This document shows positions 1 to 11,700 of a stretch of DNA of 64,000 nucleotides, piece after piece (the stretch's first letter is position 1; each line of letters starts with the position of its first letter). The translations under genes were made by a program, and so were the position numbers. The notes beneath the pieces are model-generated. The model was given only the letters and a program-made list of their open reading frames with translations, did no database searches and was not told the DNA's origin. This DNA is from Mustelus asterias. Taxonomy: Eukaryota. Where the stretch lies: assembly GCF_964213995.1 (NCBI RefSeq), contig NC_135830.1:12152001-12216000 (forward strand), read 5' to 3'.

Positions 1-418
1 CTCTCCCCTCTCTCTGATGGGGGGATTGTTGCTTCATGTTTGCGTGTGACCCTCACTTCAGTTCCCAGTGGGTGTGGTGCAGCAGCTTAAAGCTGACATC
101 AGTGGTAAAGGCATGGACAATGAGAGAAGCAGGAACACCGAGATCTAAATTGTGTTTGTTTGTCAGAAATGTTGAAATTGTCAGATTTCTCCTCAGTGGG
201 AGGAAAGTCGGTGAAGATATTTTGTAGACTACTGTAATGAATGTGCTCTACTCTGTCTCTAACCCAGGGTGTATCTGAGCTGGGTGCACTGGTTCAACAA
301 GGCTTGGGCCCGAGACGTGAAAATACCTGACTCAAACCAAAGATACATAGTGGAAGTAAAATTGAAAATCAATCAATTAAGCAATTGGGTATTTCATTTA
401 TCGTTGGAGGAAAAAGAT

Positions 419-445
419 TTTATTATTTTTATTGAAGTTTTTAAT
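419..445 (-). terminator. Polyadenylation signals of secreted mu mRNA
   Basis: ATTAAA (440-445) and two AATAAA (428-433, 419-424) within 45 nt of the stop codon. Confidence 0.75.
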
Positions 446-460
446 GTAAGCGAATGATTC

Positions 461-852
461 TCATTGGCATGAATTAACGGTGTCCATCAGTGCAAGGGAA
501 ATGTTCACAAAACTGGGTTTACCGCTGGATTTGTCAACTGTTCTGTTGATGATCTTCAAGGGGATGGCTTCATGTCCCACCACACAGGAGTAAGAAGCAC
601 CGCTGGACCATTCCTCTGCTGCAATGGATAACAGGCTGTACATGAAGAAGGAGCTATTCCCGCTCTCCGCGACCACCTCGGTGTTCCTTTAGTTCCCAGG
701 ATTCACCGGCTTGTCGTTGACGGTCCACTTGACGAAGATCTCTCGAGGGGAGAAACGTCTCACTAAGCAGCTGAGGGAGACGAATCTCTGAGCGGAGACT
801 TCTTCTGCCGAGGGCAGGAGGACAGAGACGAACGGTTCCCGCGGATTTGGAT
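461..852 (-). pseudogene. IGHM: IgM CH4 exon plus secretory tailpiece ([20 protein letters not shown]), interrupted by in-frame TAA at 689-691
   Basis: Acceptor TTTTCTGCAG; reads [63 protein letters not shown]...YSCVVGHEA; internal donor G|GTAAAC at 523/522 for membrane splicing; tail has NIS glycosylation site and penultimate Cys. Confidence 0.92.
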
Positions 853-1353
853 CTGCAGAAAATGTACAATAAATGCCAATAAACTGGAGAATTCCGGAGA
901 GAATGTAACCACTGGCTCGATATCAGAAAAATGTGCTTCGTTTCGATTTTCAATGTTTCCATTTTTGACTTCCAGCTTGGAGCAGAGGTGAACACAATTA
1001 TTTTCTCAAATAATTCAGGGGGCTGGACTGGGAAGTTTCAGAAATTTTACAGCACAGAATCAGGCTATTCGGCCCAACTGATCGGCTATTTTTTTGGTTT
1101 TCTGGTTTTTATGCTCCACATCAGGCTCCTCCCTCGTTATTCGATCTAAACCCAATAACATCGCCTTCAGTTCACTTTTCATTCATCAACACATCAAATT
1201 TCCCCGTAAAAATATCTACAATCCCCAGTTTTTAGTTAGTGGAGTTTCCACTCAGGGGACACCATTAATGCACTGAATGCTGAATATTGACCAGTCCACT
1301 GACACTGGAAATAGACACAGTGACGGATTTATTGCTTCAATCTCTCAGCTCAC

Positions 1354-1662
1354 CTGTTTCCTTGTGGATGGATTTTCTTAAAGGAGTCGGCAGATCCTGA
1401 TGGCTCACCACGCAGTCAAACACAGCCGCACTCAGCCAGGCTTGTGTCGAGATGTTTAAGTTGCTGACCACGCTGTCAGGATCCGCTCCTGGCTTTTCGG
1501 CAATCTCTGATTTCAAATACTTCCTGTCTCGGATCCAGGACACGTTGACTCCATAGGGAGCATTAGAAATGATGCAGGTTAAGGTCAATGTTGCCTCCAG
1601 TAAGACCTGTTCTATTGGTGGTGGCTGTATGGTCACTGTGGTATCAGGGCACTGGGGAGGAT
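1354..1662 (-). CDS. IGHM: IgM CH3 exon ([30 protein letters not shown]...[13 protein letters not shown]...KET)
   Basis: Acceptor TCATTCACAG, donor G|GTGAGC, 309 nt open. Confidence 0.95.
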
Positions 1663-2109
1663 CTGTGAATGACAAATGAAAATCAACCCTAGTTCCCTCT
1701 TCAGAAGCAAGACAGCAGTCTTCAGCCTGAAGGAGACGAAGTTGCCTTCGATATATCAACCTCTAACTATCACCTTTCAACCTCTCTGGAGGATGGAAAA
1801 CCAGCCTGCCAAGTGAAATTATTCTCTTTTTGTTCAAGTATTTTAGCAGCGGTATCATTCTCATGAATCAACATTGCAGTATTCCCCAACAAATATACCA
1901 TTCCTGAACTCAGGAACCAAGTACTGGCAGTTAGTTTATAAGTAGGGTGGATGCACTTCCCAATATTTTACCCCTATGCTGCGACCTGTGAAACAGTCCG
2001 ACACCGACTGTCTCTCCAAATCTTACCAGCTGTCTCAGGAAAAACCTGACATCAAGACCACCTCGCTTACTATGTTACTTCAAAATTGAAGGGAACACTA
2101 CTTCAAGGG

Positions 2110-2410
2110 GAGACAGTGGCATGGTGGTGTTACCAATGGTCTTGTAACCCAGGGCACGACTCTGGGGATACAGATTCGAATCTCACCACTGCAAATGGTG
2201 AAATTTGAATTTAGTAAAAATCTATCATTAAAAGTCAAATGATCATCATGAAGCCATTGTTGTAAAAACCCACCTGGTTCACGAATGCCCTTTAGAAAAG
2301 TAAATCTGCTGTCTTTATCTGGCCTGGCATGCATGTGACTCCAGATCCACAGCAATGTGGTTGACACTTAAGTGCCCTGAGGGATGGGAAATAAATGCAC
2401 ATCTCATGAA
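2110..2410 (+). mobile_element. SINE (Deu-SINE-like) in the CH2-CH3 intron
   Basis: tRNA-like head gagacagtggcatggtggt...gattcgaatctcacc; the same family recurs at 28380-28710 and inverted at 43430-43725. Confidence 0.65.
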
Positions 2411-2582
2411 GGAATAACAAAAATTGCTGTTGTGATGAAATTCTGAATGGGGCACTGTCCTAATGCAGCAAACGACATGACAGCAAATTAGAAGTTGTTC
2501 TATCTTTGTACTAACTTTAATAGACCCCTAATTCCGATTAACAGCGGAATGGTATATTTTATCGTCGGTTTGAGTCTCTTAC

Positions 2583-2894
2583 CCAGAGATCCGCTGATGT
2601 TCTGACTCTGGGTGAATCCTTGATGAGTGACCTGGCAGGTATAGACTACTTTGCTGAACCATTCCTGAGCGGAGACTGTCAGCCGACTGCTGGCCGAGAA
2701 GTTCCCGTTCACTTCACAGGCGGGAGAGGTGATAATTCCTGAATCCATGGGTTGTCCATTCTTCAGCCACTCCACCGTCATTGACTTTGGCTGGAAATCC
2801 ATGATTGAACAGACGATGGTTGCAAATTTTCTGCTGGTGATTTCTTCACTGGAACTCACGGTGAGGATAACGGTTGGGGGGAGAACGCGTGGGC
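2583..2894 (-). CDS. IGHM: IgM CH2 exon ([13 protein letters not shown]...VCSIMDFQP...WLKNG...YTCQVTH...GSL)
   Basis: Acceptor TTTGTTTGTTGAAG, donor G|GTAAGA, 312 nt open. Confidence 0.95.
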
Positions 2895-2989
2895 CTTCAA
2901 CAAACAAATGTTCAGACGTTACTTGAAGATTCAATTGACACCAATTAAAATTAGTTCTTTTATTTTAGCACCATAGCTGCCGATTTGAG

Positions 2990-3545
2990 AATTATATCCA
3001 TGGTTTGGTTGAATTGGCAGGGAAATGGCGAATGGAATTCAACCGTCAAAAGTGCCACACAATGCATTTGGGGAGGGAAAAAAAAGCAAGGCAATAAACT
3101 GGAATGTTAAAAGGGATTGAGGAAATGCAAGACCTTAGAGTGCATGTCCACAGGTCCTTGTAGATGGTAGGGCAGCTGGAAAAGTTGACCAAGAAAGCAT
3201 ATCGGATTAGTTCCTCTATTATTGTGAGATATTGAATACAAAAACAGTGATGCAATGATGGAGCTGCTTAAAACCGAGTTAGGCCACGTTTGGAGTTTGC
3301 TGTACAGTTCTGGTCACCACGTTGCAGGAATAACGTAATGACTCTGGAGAGAGATGAGGTTTACAAGAATGTTGCCAGGGACTGAAAATTCCCGCCATGA
3401 GGCGAGATTGGATAGGCAGGGTTTGTTCTCCTTAGGAAAAGAGGAGGCTGAGGCGTGACATAATTGTGGTTCACAAAATAATAAGGGACGTAGGCAGAAA
3501 TAATTCATTCCCCAAGTGGAGGGCTCAATTACCAGGGAGCATGGT
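2990..3545 (+). mobile_element. Degenerate CR1-type LINE 3' fragment in the CH1-CH2 intron
   Basis: Remnants of W-Q-M-E-F-N..KC..MHLG and RPxLE..VQFWSP motifs. Confidence 0.75.
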
Positions 3546-3866
3546 CACTTAAAAGGTATCTGGGTCTGCATCTCAAGCGCTTTAAGCTGCAATGCTACGG
3601 AGCAAGGGCTGGAAAATAGGCTTACTTTGTCAGGCTAGTTTATTTGTTCTCCCTTTTGGCCAGCACAGACATGATGGGCTAAATGGCCTCATTCTGCACA
3701 GTAACATTTCTGTTGTTCTTTGGTTCTGAGCAACTTTTCAGTCAGTAGGCACTTTCCTGGATTTTGCATAATTCAATTTTTCAGAGTGCTACAGATCAGT
3801 TATAACAAAAGCCTTATACAGTTCAATCAGAGCGTTCCTGTCTTGCCCAAGTTCCACAACACTTAC

Positions 3867-4166
3867 ATTGCATTCCAATGCTCTTGACTGAGTCTCTGTG
3901 TCGAACCTCACACTTGATTTTGCTGCACTCTCCCTCTGACTGGGTGATGATTAACTGGCTGCTCAAGGTGTAAGTTCCCTTTGCGTTTCTCACTGATGGA
4001 TAAGTCTTAAATCCAGTGTCGATCAGCTGCCCATTTTTCTTCCAGGTCAGTTTGGAGACATCTGGAGAGTAGTCCATCGCCAAACAGCCGTAGGTGATGG
4101 AGCCAGCGGAGTTGTGTTGCTGACAGGAAGAGACGAGGCTGTAGAGAGTGGGCGGAGACGGTGTCG
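3867..4166 (-). CDS. IGHM: IgM CH1 exon ([17 protein letters not shown]...[10 protein letters not shown]...KCEVRH...GMQ)
   Basis: Acceptor TTCTTTCCCAG, donor T|GTAAGT, 300 nt open, C1-set Cys/Trp/Cys. Confidence 0.95.
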
Positions 4167-4244
4167 CTGGGAAAGAATAGTCGATTCAACAAGTTAGACT
4201 ATTACCTGCGTTTATTAATTAATCAAACATATTTATACAAGTAA

Positions 4245-4397
4245 GTTTCTATATTAGGTATAGCTCTTGGGGCTAAAGGGATCAGTGGATATGGATAGTA
4301 GGCGGGGTCAGGATATTATTGAGCCATGATCAAAGTGAATGGTGGAGCAGGGTCAAAGGGCCGAATGGCCTCCTCCTGCTTCTATTTTCTATGTTTC
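4245..4397 (+). mobile_element. CR1-type LINE 3' end
   Basis: aagggccgaatggcctcctcctgcttctattttctatgtt tail. Confidence 0.65.
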
Positions 4398-4699
4398 AAC
4401 GTCACGATTTGACTAGAATTATGAACTTAAGTTAATATTTCCCGATTAAAACCTACGCACACCTTTGAGCTGCTGTTACTCCTATCAGTTGGGAATCGCC
4501 ATTTTTGTAGAAACTCATATCACTGTCACCACCTCTATCAGATTGGAAAGACAAAAACATTTTGAGGTCATCGTAATGACATACCATTCATTGGATTAAC
4601 AGAGAAGAGTAAAGACTTTCTCCATTATTTCAGGCACTACCTATTTCTCAAACAACAGCACGTTGTGATGAAGAAGTTGTCTCTTCATTCATATCAGCC

Positions 4700-4818
4700 A
4701 CTCACCTGATGAAAGAGCTCCAAAAGTTCGCAATTCCAAATAATCCTGTTGTACTTTAACCTGGTGTTGTGAGACTCCTTACTGTGCCCACCCCAACCTA
4801 ACGCCGGCATCTCCACAT
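4700..4818 (+). mobile_element. Penelope-like terminal repeat fragment
   Basis: cacctgatgaa...ctcc..aaag...tttaacctggtgttgtgagact...gccggcatctccaca; reverse-orientation copy at 44495-44616. Confidence 0.55.
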
Positions 4819-5137
4819 TGTAATTTTTGGATATTGCCTGTGTTCAAACTGACTGAAGCCCCTTCCTCTCTCCAACTCTCACTCCACAAAACGAAGATTA
4901 GTGACTTTCGTTCAGAAATACCTTCGGAATGAATACTTACTGAATGACCAGGAAACTGGAAATGTGATTACAAATTCAAATAATTGCAACATTGACTAAT
5001 TTAAGGGTCGTACATTAATAGCAAGAGTTGACCATTCGGACGCTGAAGTCTCCTCCAAAGTTCACTGAGATTGCAGATGATCTGGTTGTGGTGCTAGCTC
5101 TATTTTGCACGTCCTCACTCCGCCCGTCGATCACCCA

Positions 5138-5800
5138 CTCTCTGCCCATTTTCCCTGGCTCTCTGCCCTTTCCCCTGGCTCTCTGCCATTCCCTGTGGCT
5201 CCTTTCCCCTTTCACCCGGCTCTCTACACTTCCACCTGGCTCTCGACACTTCCCTCCAGCTCTGTGCCCTCTCCCCCGGCTCTCTGCCCTTTCCCTCAGC
5301 ACCCTACCCTTTTCCCCGGCTCTCTGCCCTCTGTCCCTGCTCACTATTCTCTTTCCCCTTTCCCCTGGCTCTCTGTCCTTTCCCCCGGCTCTCTGCCCTT
5401 CCCCCCTGACTCTCTGTCTTTCCCCCTGACTCTCTGCCCTTTCCCCAGGGCTCTTTTGCACTTTTCGTCGGCTCTCTGTCCTTTCCCCGGCCTCCCTGCC
5501 CTTTATCCTGGCTCTCTCCTCTTTCCCTGATCTCCCTGCCATTTCCTCCATCTCGCTGCCTTTTCTCCTGTTTCTCTGCCCTTTCACCTGGCTCCCTGCC
5601 CTTTCCATTGGCGCTCTTTCCCATTTCTCCTGGCTCTCTGCCCTTTCTCCTGGCTCTCTGCCCTTTCCCCCGGCTCTCGGCCCTTTCCCCAGACTCTGTG
5701 CCCTCCCCCCCGCCCCCCCCGCCCGCCCCAGCTCTCTGCCCTTTACCACGCCTCCTGTTCTCCCCGGCTCTTTCCCATTGTCCTTGGCCCTGAGCCCCCA
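5138..5800 (-). repeat. 20-bp tandem repeat (plus-strand consensus ggctctctgccctttcccc[c/t]), G-rich on the IgH sense strand, in the J-C intron
   Basis: Clear 20-nt periodicity, about 30 units. Confidence 0.9.
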
Positions 5801-5904
5801 GGGATTCCCCCCAGCTCTCCACATTCGCAGGGCAGCTCCCACATTTGAACACCAAACTGCCGCTTGAGATCTTTCTTCTCTCTCGTTACAGACCTCCACA
5901 CACA

Positions 5905-7040
5905 GGTTTAGCGAGTGTGAGTGAGAGAATGTGAGTGCGTGAGGGTGAGTGATTGAAGGAGTGAAAGTGGATGAGTGATGGTGTGTGAGTGATGGAAGGT
6001 GGGTAAGTGAGGGTGAGTGATTGAGTGTGAGTGAGTAAGTGTGGGTGAGGGCGAGAGAACGTGAGTAAATGAGGGTGTGTGAGAGAGGGTGGGTGAGTGA
6101 AGGTGGCTGAATGTGTGAGTGAAGGTGGGTGAGTGAGTATCGGTAAGAGAGAATGAATGAATGAGGGTGAGCGAGTGAGGATGCGTGAAGGTTAGTGAAG
6201 GTGGGTGAGTGAGAGCGAGTGAATGAGGGTGAGGAGTGAATGTGACTTAGTAAGTGAGGGTGAGAGAGTGAGTGAGTCAGGGTGTGTTATTGAGGGTGGT
6301 GTGAGAGTGTGTGAGGGAGAATAAATGCGGATGGGTGGATGAGTGAAGGTGAGTGAGTGAAGGTGTTTGAGTGAGGATGAGTGATTGAGGATCTGTGAGT
6401 TAGGGTGGGTGACCTTGAGTGATGGTGAATATGTGAGGGTGTGTGAGTGAATGTAGGTGCGTGAGTCTCTGTGAGTTTGAATGGGTCAGGTGGCATACGT
6501 GAGAGAGAGAGGGTGATTGAGCTTGAGTGTGTGGGGGTGAGCCTGGGTAAGCGAGGGTGGGTAAGTGGGGAGAGTGAGTGAGGGCGAGTGAGAGGGAGTG
6601 AGACTGGATAAGTGAGGGAGGGTAAATGCGGTGAGTGAGTGAGAGTGATTGAGACAGGATGAGTGAAGGTGGGTAAGTGGGGTGAGTGAGGGTGAGTGAG
6701 AGTGAGTGAGACTGGATAAGTGAGGGTGGGTAAGTAGCGTGAGTGAGTGAGAGTGAGTGAGACTGGGTGAGTGAGGGTGGGTTAGTGGGATGAGTGAATG
6801 AAGGTGACTATGAGTGTTGGTGAGTGACTGAGGCTCTGAGTGAGTGACTGAGGGTTAGTGAGTGAGGTTGAGTGAGTGATGGCGCGTGAGTGTGGGTGAC
6901 TGAGTGACTGAGTGAATGGGGATGAGTGAGTGAGGATGTGTGAGGGTGAGTGGGTGTGAGTGAGTGAGTGCTGGTGAGTGAATGAGGGTGTGAGTGTGAG
7001 TGAATGAGGGTGAGTGAGTGAATGCGAGTGAGTAAGTGGG
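5905..7040. repeat. Degenerate (GTGA)n / (GAGG-GTGA)n microsatellite
   Basis: Low-complexity tetranucleotide repeat. Confidence 0.9.
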
Positions 7041-7047
7041 GGGGCGG

Positions 7048-7365
7048 GGGGATGGTGGCACGGTGGCACAGTGATTAGCGCTGCTGCCTCAGAGTTGGAT
7101 TCCCGACTTGGGTCACTGTCTGTGTGGAGTTTGCAAGTTCCCCCCATGTCTATTTGGGTTTCATTCGGGTGCTCCTGTTTCCTCCCACAGTCCAAAGATG
7201 TGCGGGTTCGGTGGATTAGCCGTGCTAAATTGCCCCTTAGTGTCAGGGTGACTAGTTAGGGTAAATACATGTGGTTATGGGGATCGGGATTGCTGTTGGT
7301 GCAGACTCGATGGGCTGAATGGCCTCCTTCTGCACTGTAGGATCCTATGATTCTATTCTATGATG
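7048..7365 (+). mobile_element. tRNA-derived SINE (HE1-like) with CR1-type 3' tail
   Basis: ggcacggtggcacagtg.ttagc.ctgctgcctca head, ctgtgtggagtttgca..ttc core, gatgggctgaatggcctccttctgcactgta tail. Confidence 0.8.
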
Positions 7366-7379
7366 TCAAGGACAGACAC

Positions 7380-8656
7380 TCTGACGTATGTGAGATGGAA
7401 AGTGTGTGAGAGGGTGTTTGGGTGTGTGTGTGAGAGAGAGAGAGAGAGAGTGAATGTGTGGGAGGGTGCCTGTGTGTGATAGACTACGTTTGCACGTGTG
7501 TAAGACAGTGGGCTGTGCGTGCAAGAGGGGAGAGTGTGTGTGCGAGAAAGGGTGTGTGAGATAATGTGTGTGTGTGAGAGCGCATGTGTTTGAAGAGTTA
7601 TTCTTTGTGTGTGATAGTGTGTCTCACCTTGAAAGTGTGTGTGTGGAGGAGCGGGGAGAATGTGTGTGGGGAGTCTGTATGAGAGAGTACTTCTGTGTGT
7701 GATTGAGTGTGTGTTTATGTGAAAAGAAGTGTGTCTATATGAGATACAGGGTGTCTGTGAAAGAGAGTGCGTGTGCTTGAGAAGGAGGGTCTGTGTGTGG
7801 GAGAGAGTGTTGTGTTCATGTGAAAGACAGTGTGTGCGAGAGGGAGTGCCTATTTGAAAGCAAAATAGTAGGTTCATGAGTGTGTGAAAGTGTGCATGGG
7901 ATTGCGTGTGAGTGAGAAAGATGTGTACAATGTGTGTGGGCGATAGAAGCAATATTTTTGAGTGTGTGTGTGTGTGTGTGTGTGAGCGTGTGTGTCTGTG
8001 ACAGAGAGAAAGAGTTTTTGTGTGTGAGAGAGAGACGTTGTGTGTGGTTTATGTGGGTGAGAGTGTGTCAGACACATGAGTGCTTTTGCACGTGTGTGAG
8101 ACAGTGGTCTGTGTGTGCAAGAGGAGAGAGTGTGCGTAGAGAAAGGATATGTGATATCTCGAATGTGTGTGTGTGAGAGAGAGAGTGTGTGTTTGAAGAG
8201 ATATTCTTTATGTGTGTGAGAGTGTCTCTGTTCTTCAAAGTGTGTGTGTGTGTGTGTGTGCGTGTGTGGAGGGGCGGGGAGAGTGTGAGCGAGAAAAAGT
8301 GTGAAAATTAGACAGAGTGGATGTGTGAGTGTGTGTGAGTGAAATAACGATTGAGAGAAAACGTGTCTGTGATAGGTGGAGTGTTTCAGAGAGATACATT
8401 GTGTATACATGTGTGTTCGTGTGTGAGAGACGGAGAGACTGTGGGCGTGTGAGAGAGAGAGTCTTTGTGAGAGACAGGGTTTGAGAGCAAGATTGTGCGT
8501 ATGTGAGATAATGTGTAAGGGAGTAAGCGTGTGAAAGAGAGAGAAATATGTGCCTGCGTGAGAGAATGCGTGTGGAAGTGTTCGTATGAGAGAGGGAGCA
8601 TGTGAATGAGTGTGAGACGAAGTGAGAGTACGGGAATGTGGGAGGGATAGTGCATG

Positions 8657-8689
<33 letters not shown>

Positions 8690-8690
8690 T
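7380..8690. repeat. Degenerate (GT)n/(GA)n low-complexity tract with an internal duplication (about 7400-7700 ~ 7980-8300)
   Basis: Dinucleotide runs; repeated block cacgtgtgt(a/g)agacagtgg...gaagag...gtggagg(a/g)gcggggaga. Confidence 0.85.
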
Positions 8691-8759
8691 TCCTGGCCCC
8701 AACACAGTGACCACGCGCACAGAAACAGAACAGACATAAACGGTGCAACAATCGAGTGC

Positions 8760-11700
8760 CCAGCAGATAGATCTGTTCAATCTGTCAATTTCATTCAAAC
8801 TGTTGGATTCTAATTGATCAATGGCCAACTTACAACAACAGAAAATTAATAACCTATTTTAAATTAAACTGATATTCATTTCAAAACTCCTTTCGACTGT
8901 TAATTATTCCTCTGTCTCACTTCTCGAAAACTATCTAAAAATGTAATTTCGCCGAAAATGAGCAATCAAAAATAACAGATTCAGGACAGTTCAATGTCCC
9001 TAACAGAGATGCAGTGACACAGCAAGAAGTAACCAAATCAAGAAACATTTAGATTGAAAATCATGACCTGATTAGATCTAATTTCTTAATTAACTGTACT
9101 CAACAAATTAATCAAAGCAAAACACTTTATCGAGTGAGCACAGCTGAGTAAAGTAATGTTTTGTTTCTGAATTCATTTCCGATACAATTGAATATTTTCT
9201 AAAACGGATTGTATTTTGCACGCCTGTACAATATTCAAGGTAGTTTGTTTTGAATTAATCAGCAGCAATCTTATATTTTAAGTTATTGTTAATTACTAGT
9301 TAGTTCTCCTGTCAGCTCATTTGTACTCTGTAATAAAATGGGTTTTCAATCATTCAAAATGTGCTTCTGCCTCCAACATTGTTAAATAATTAGGTTACAA
9401 TTAAATCTTAGACAATGTTAAATATAATTTCAAATTACTGAACAGAAACATTCAGACATCTGTCATTCATTTACTTAAATCTAATCACATTGTAATATTT
9501 TACTTTTTCACTTTTACTACAAGTGTCTTATTATAACCTGCAAACGTGTTAAAATTGCATACTGCTGAATATGTATAGACTGTCACGGCCTGGCAGTTTG
9601 AAATCAATAATACTGCTTCCAAGATTTAGTAATTTAGAACATCCATATAACTTAATTACTGAACACATTGTTTAATTAAAGAAGATCTGAATTAAACAGT
9701 GCAAACACAAAGAGGACAATTGATTCAAATCCTCTGTAACACTAAAACATGATGCAGAATGTAAGTCCAGACTTTTTCTTCATTATAATATTTAATATGA
9801 ATTAAACATAAGGTTCAGATAGAATCAATTCTTCCATTCTGTCATTTATTCTTCCCATAATTCTATCCTGTGTTCAGCAGTAAGGGGAGACATTATGTTA
9901 TTATCAAGTGCAGAGATAAGATTATTTTTATAGTATTTATAATAGTATAATATTTTTATTTAAATTAATCTTTTTGAATTTCAAGCATTAACTTGTCCAT
10001 CTCTAGCCAGTTTCTGTTGACACTTTACTCCAATTCAAACACAATTATGTGAACAATTGCTTGAGTGTCAGCGAATTCCACCTGTCAGAAAACTCTGTTC
10101 GCTCTGTCAAATTTATTCAAACTGTTTGATTCTAATTGATCTAAGGTCAAATTACAACTGCAAAAAAGTCAATTAAAAATTTAAATTCACCTGATGTTCA
10201 TTTCAAAACTCCCTTCGCCTTTTAACTATCTCTCCCTGTCTGTCTCAAATCATGAAATCTGGGCAAAAATGTATTTTTTCTGAAAATGAGCACCTCAAAT
10301 ATAACAGATTCAGGGTAGTGTAATCTCCCTAACAGAGATACAGTGTCTCTGTAAGAATTGTAGTTCATGATTTATTTTAATATGTAAGCATCAGTTAACA
10401 TGAATAAAAGCCCAAACATCTAATTATTTTATTTTTCCGAAACCTTTTTCCTTTATCCCTGCAAGAATTTTCAAACGCAGTTTTATTTTCATTTAGCCAG
10501 AAAACGTGTAACCGTTCAGTATCACAGAGTTGAAACAATACAGAAACAATTGAGAAACACCAAACCATTTCACAAATTTTGAGATGAGATTAGTAATTAA
10601 TTATCTCGGTATCCAATTACAAATTACTTGGAAGGAATAATCTGATTGCGACTGCACAGAAAGAAAATGTAATAATCGGATACATAAATTGCCAAAAAGC
10701 AACGTCTTTTTCTGCAAAACTCGTATTCCAGTGAATGCGAACTTAATCTGGGATATAACGACTAATGCAAAGTATCTTGTTGAATTGAGCGCTGCTATGG
10801 AAACAGTACGTTATCATTGAAATAGTTTCTGGAATTATCACAAAATATTTCCAGCCCAGAAACTTTTCTGGTCATTTTAATTGAACAGAACTATTAGAGG
10901 TGATTAATGAATAATGATATTAACATAAAAAAATCTTTGGTGAATATGGAGTTATATTACCGATCAATAATTGTTTGATTTATCTTAATTTCATGATCAA
11001 ATTGGTTAATGAGAAGTTTGTGATTGCAGCAATGACTTAGTGTCCAAGTGAACTTTGTAAGTCATGATTTATTTTAATATTTAAACATTTGTTAAAATTT
11101 ATAAAAATGTTGTGATATCTTGATTTCATTTTTTTCCAAAACCTTCCTGTTTTCTACTACAAGGACTTTCAAACTCAGAGATTCTTTGCATTCAACCAGA
11201 AAACGTGTAACCGCTCAGTGCCGCCGAGTTTAAACAATGCAGAAACAATGCGGAAACACCAAATCACTTCGCAAATTTTAAACTATCATAGTGACCGAAC
11301 CACAGAATCTCCTGAACATAAACACTACAAAGCACATCACTGAGAGAATTATTCCGCTTCATGAAGAAGCAGCTCAATTATTCATTCAACATAATAAAAT
11401 GTAACATTGCAAGAAAATCTCAATATCGAATCCAGCAAAACAGCTCGTCACCAAATGTATGAATTATTAAACAAAACAGAAATCTGGAATAATAGCAATA
11501 GCATTGTGAAGAGATAGAATATATCCAACACATTAATATGGAAACTTTACCACATTTTATTCATATTGGATCATATTTCAAACATATTTAAACATTTGGA
11601 TGGTAAAAGCTGCAGCAATCACTGAGATTTAACATTGCAGGTTAACCAAATAGTGAATGCACTGACAAACTATATTCTGAACAAACTGCGTAAACTGTGA

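Noticed and set aside
1-418. Transmembrane exons of IgM
   Set aside because: No TM/CART-like exon found; expected further downstream, outside the window.
654-995. 113-aa minus-strand ORF over CH4
   Set aside because: Alternative frame of the CH4 exon and intron; the true frame is set by the phase-1 acceptor at 852/853.
461-4166. IgW or IgNAR identity
   Set aside because: Four C domains with CH1, a mu-type tailpiece and a conventional VH (WIRQ, GLEW, full CDR2) indicate IgM.
5015-5899. 294-aa G/R/E-rich ORF and overlapping ORFs
   Set aside because: Translation of the 20-bp tandem repeat inside the J-C intron; no domain and no splice context.
7048-7120. tRNA genes at SINE heads (also 33745, 39884, 49140)
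   Set aside because: A/B-box-like heads continue into SINE core and LINE-derived tails; no complete cloverleaf.
6287-8828. His/Thr/Ser-rich ORFs up to 287 aa
   Set aside because: Microsatellite translations.
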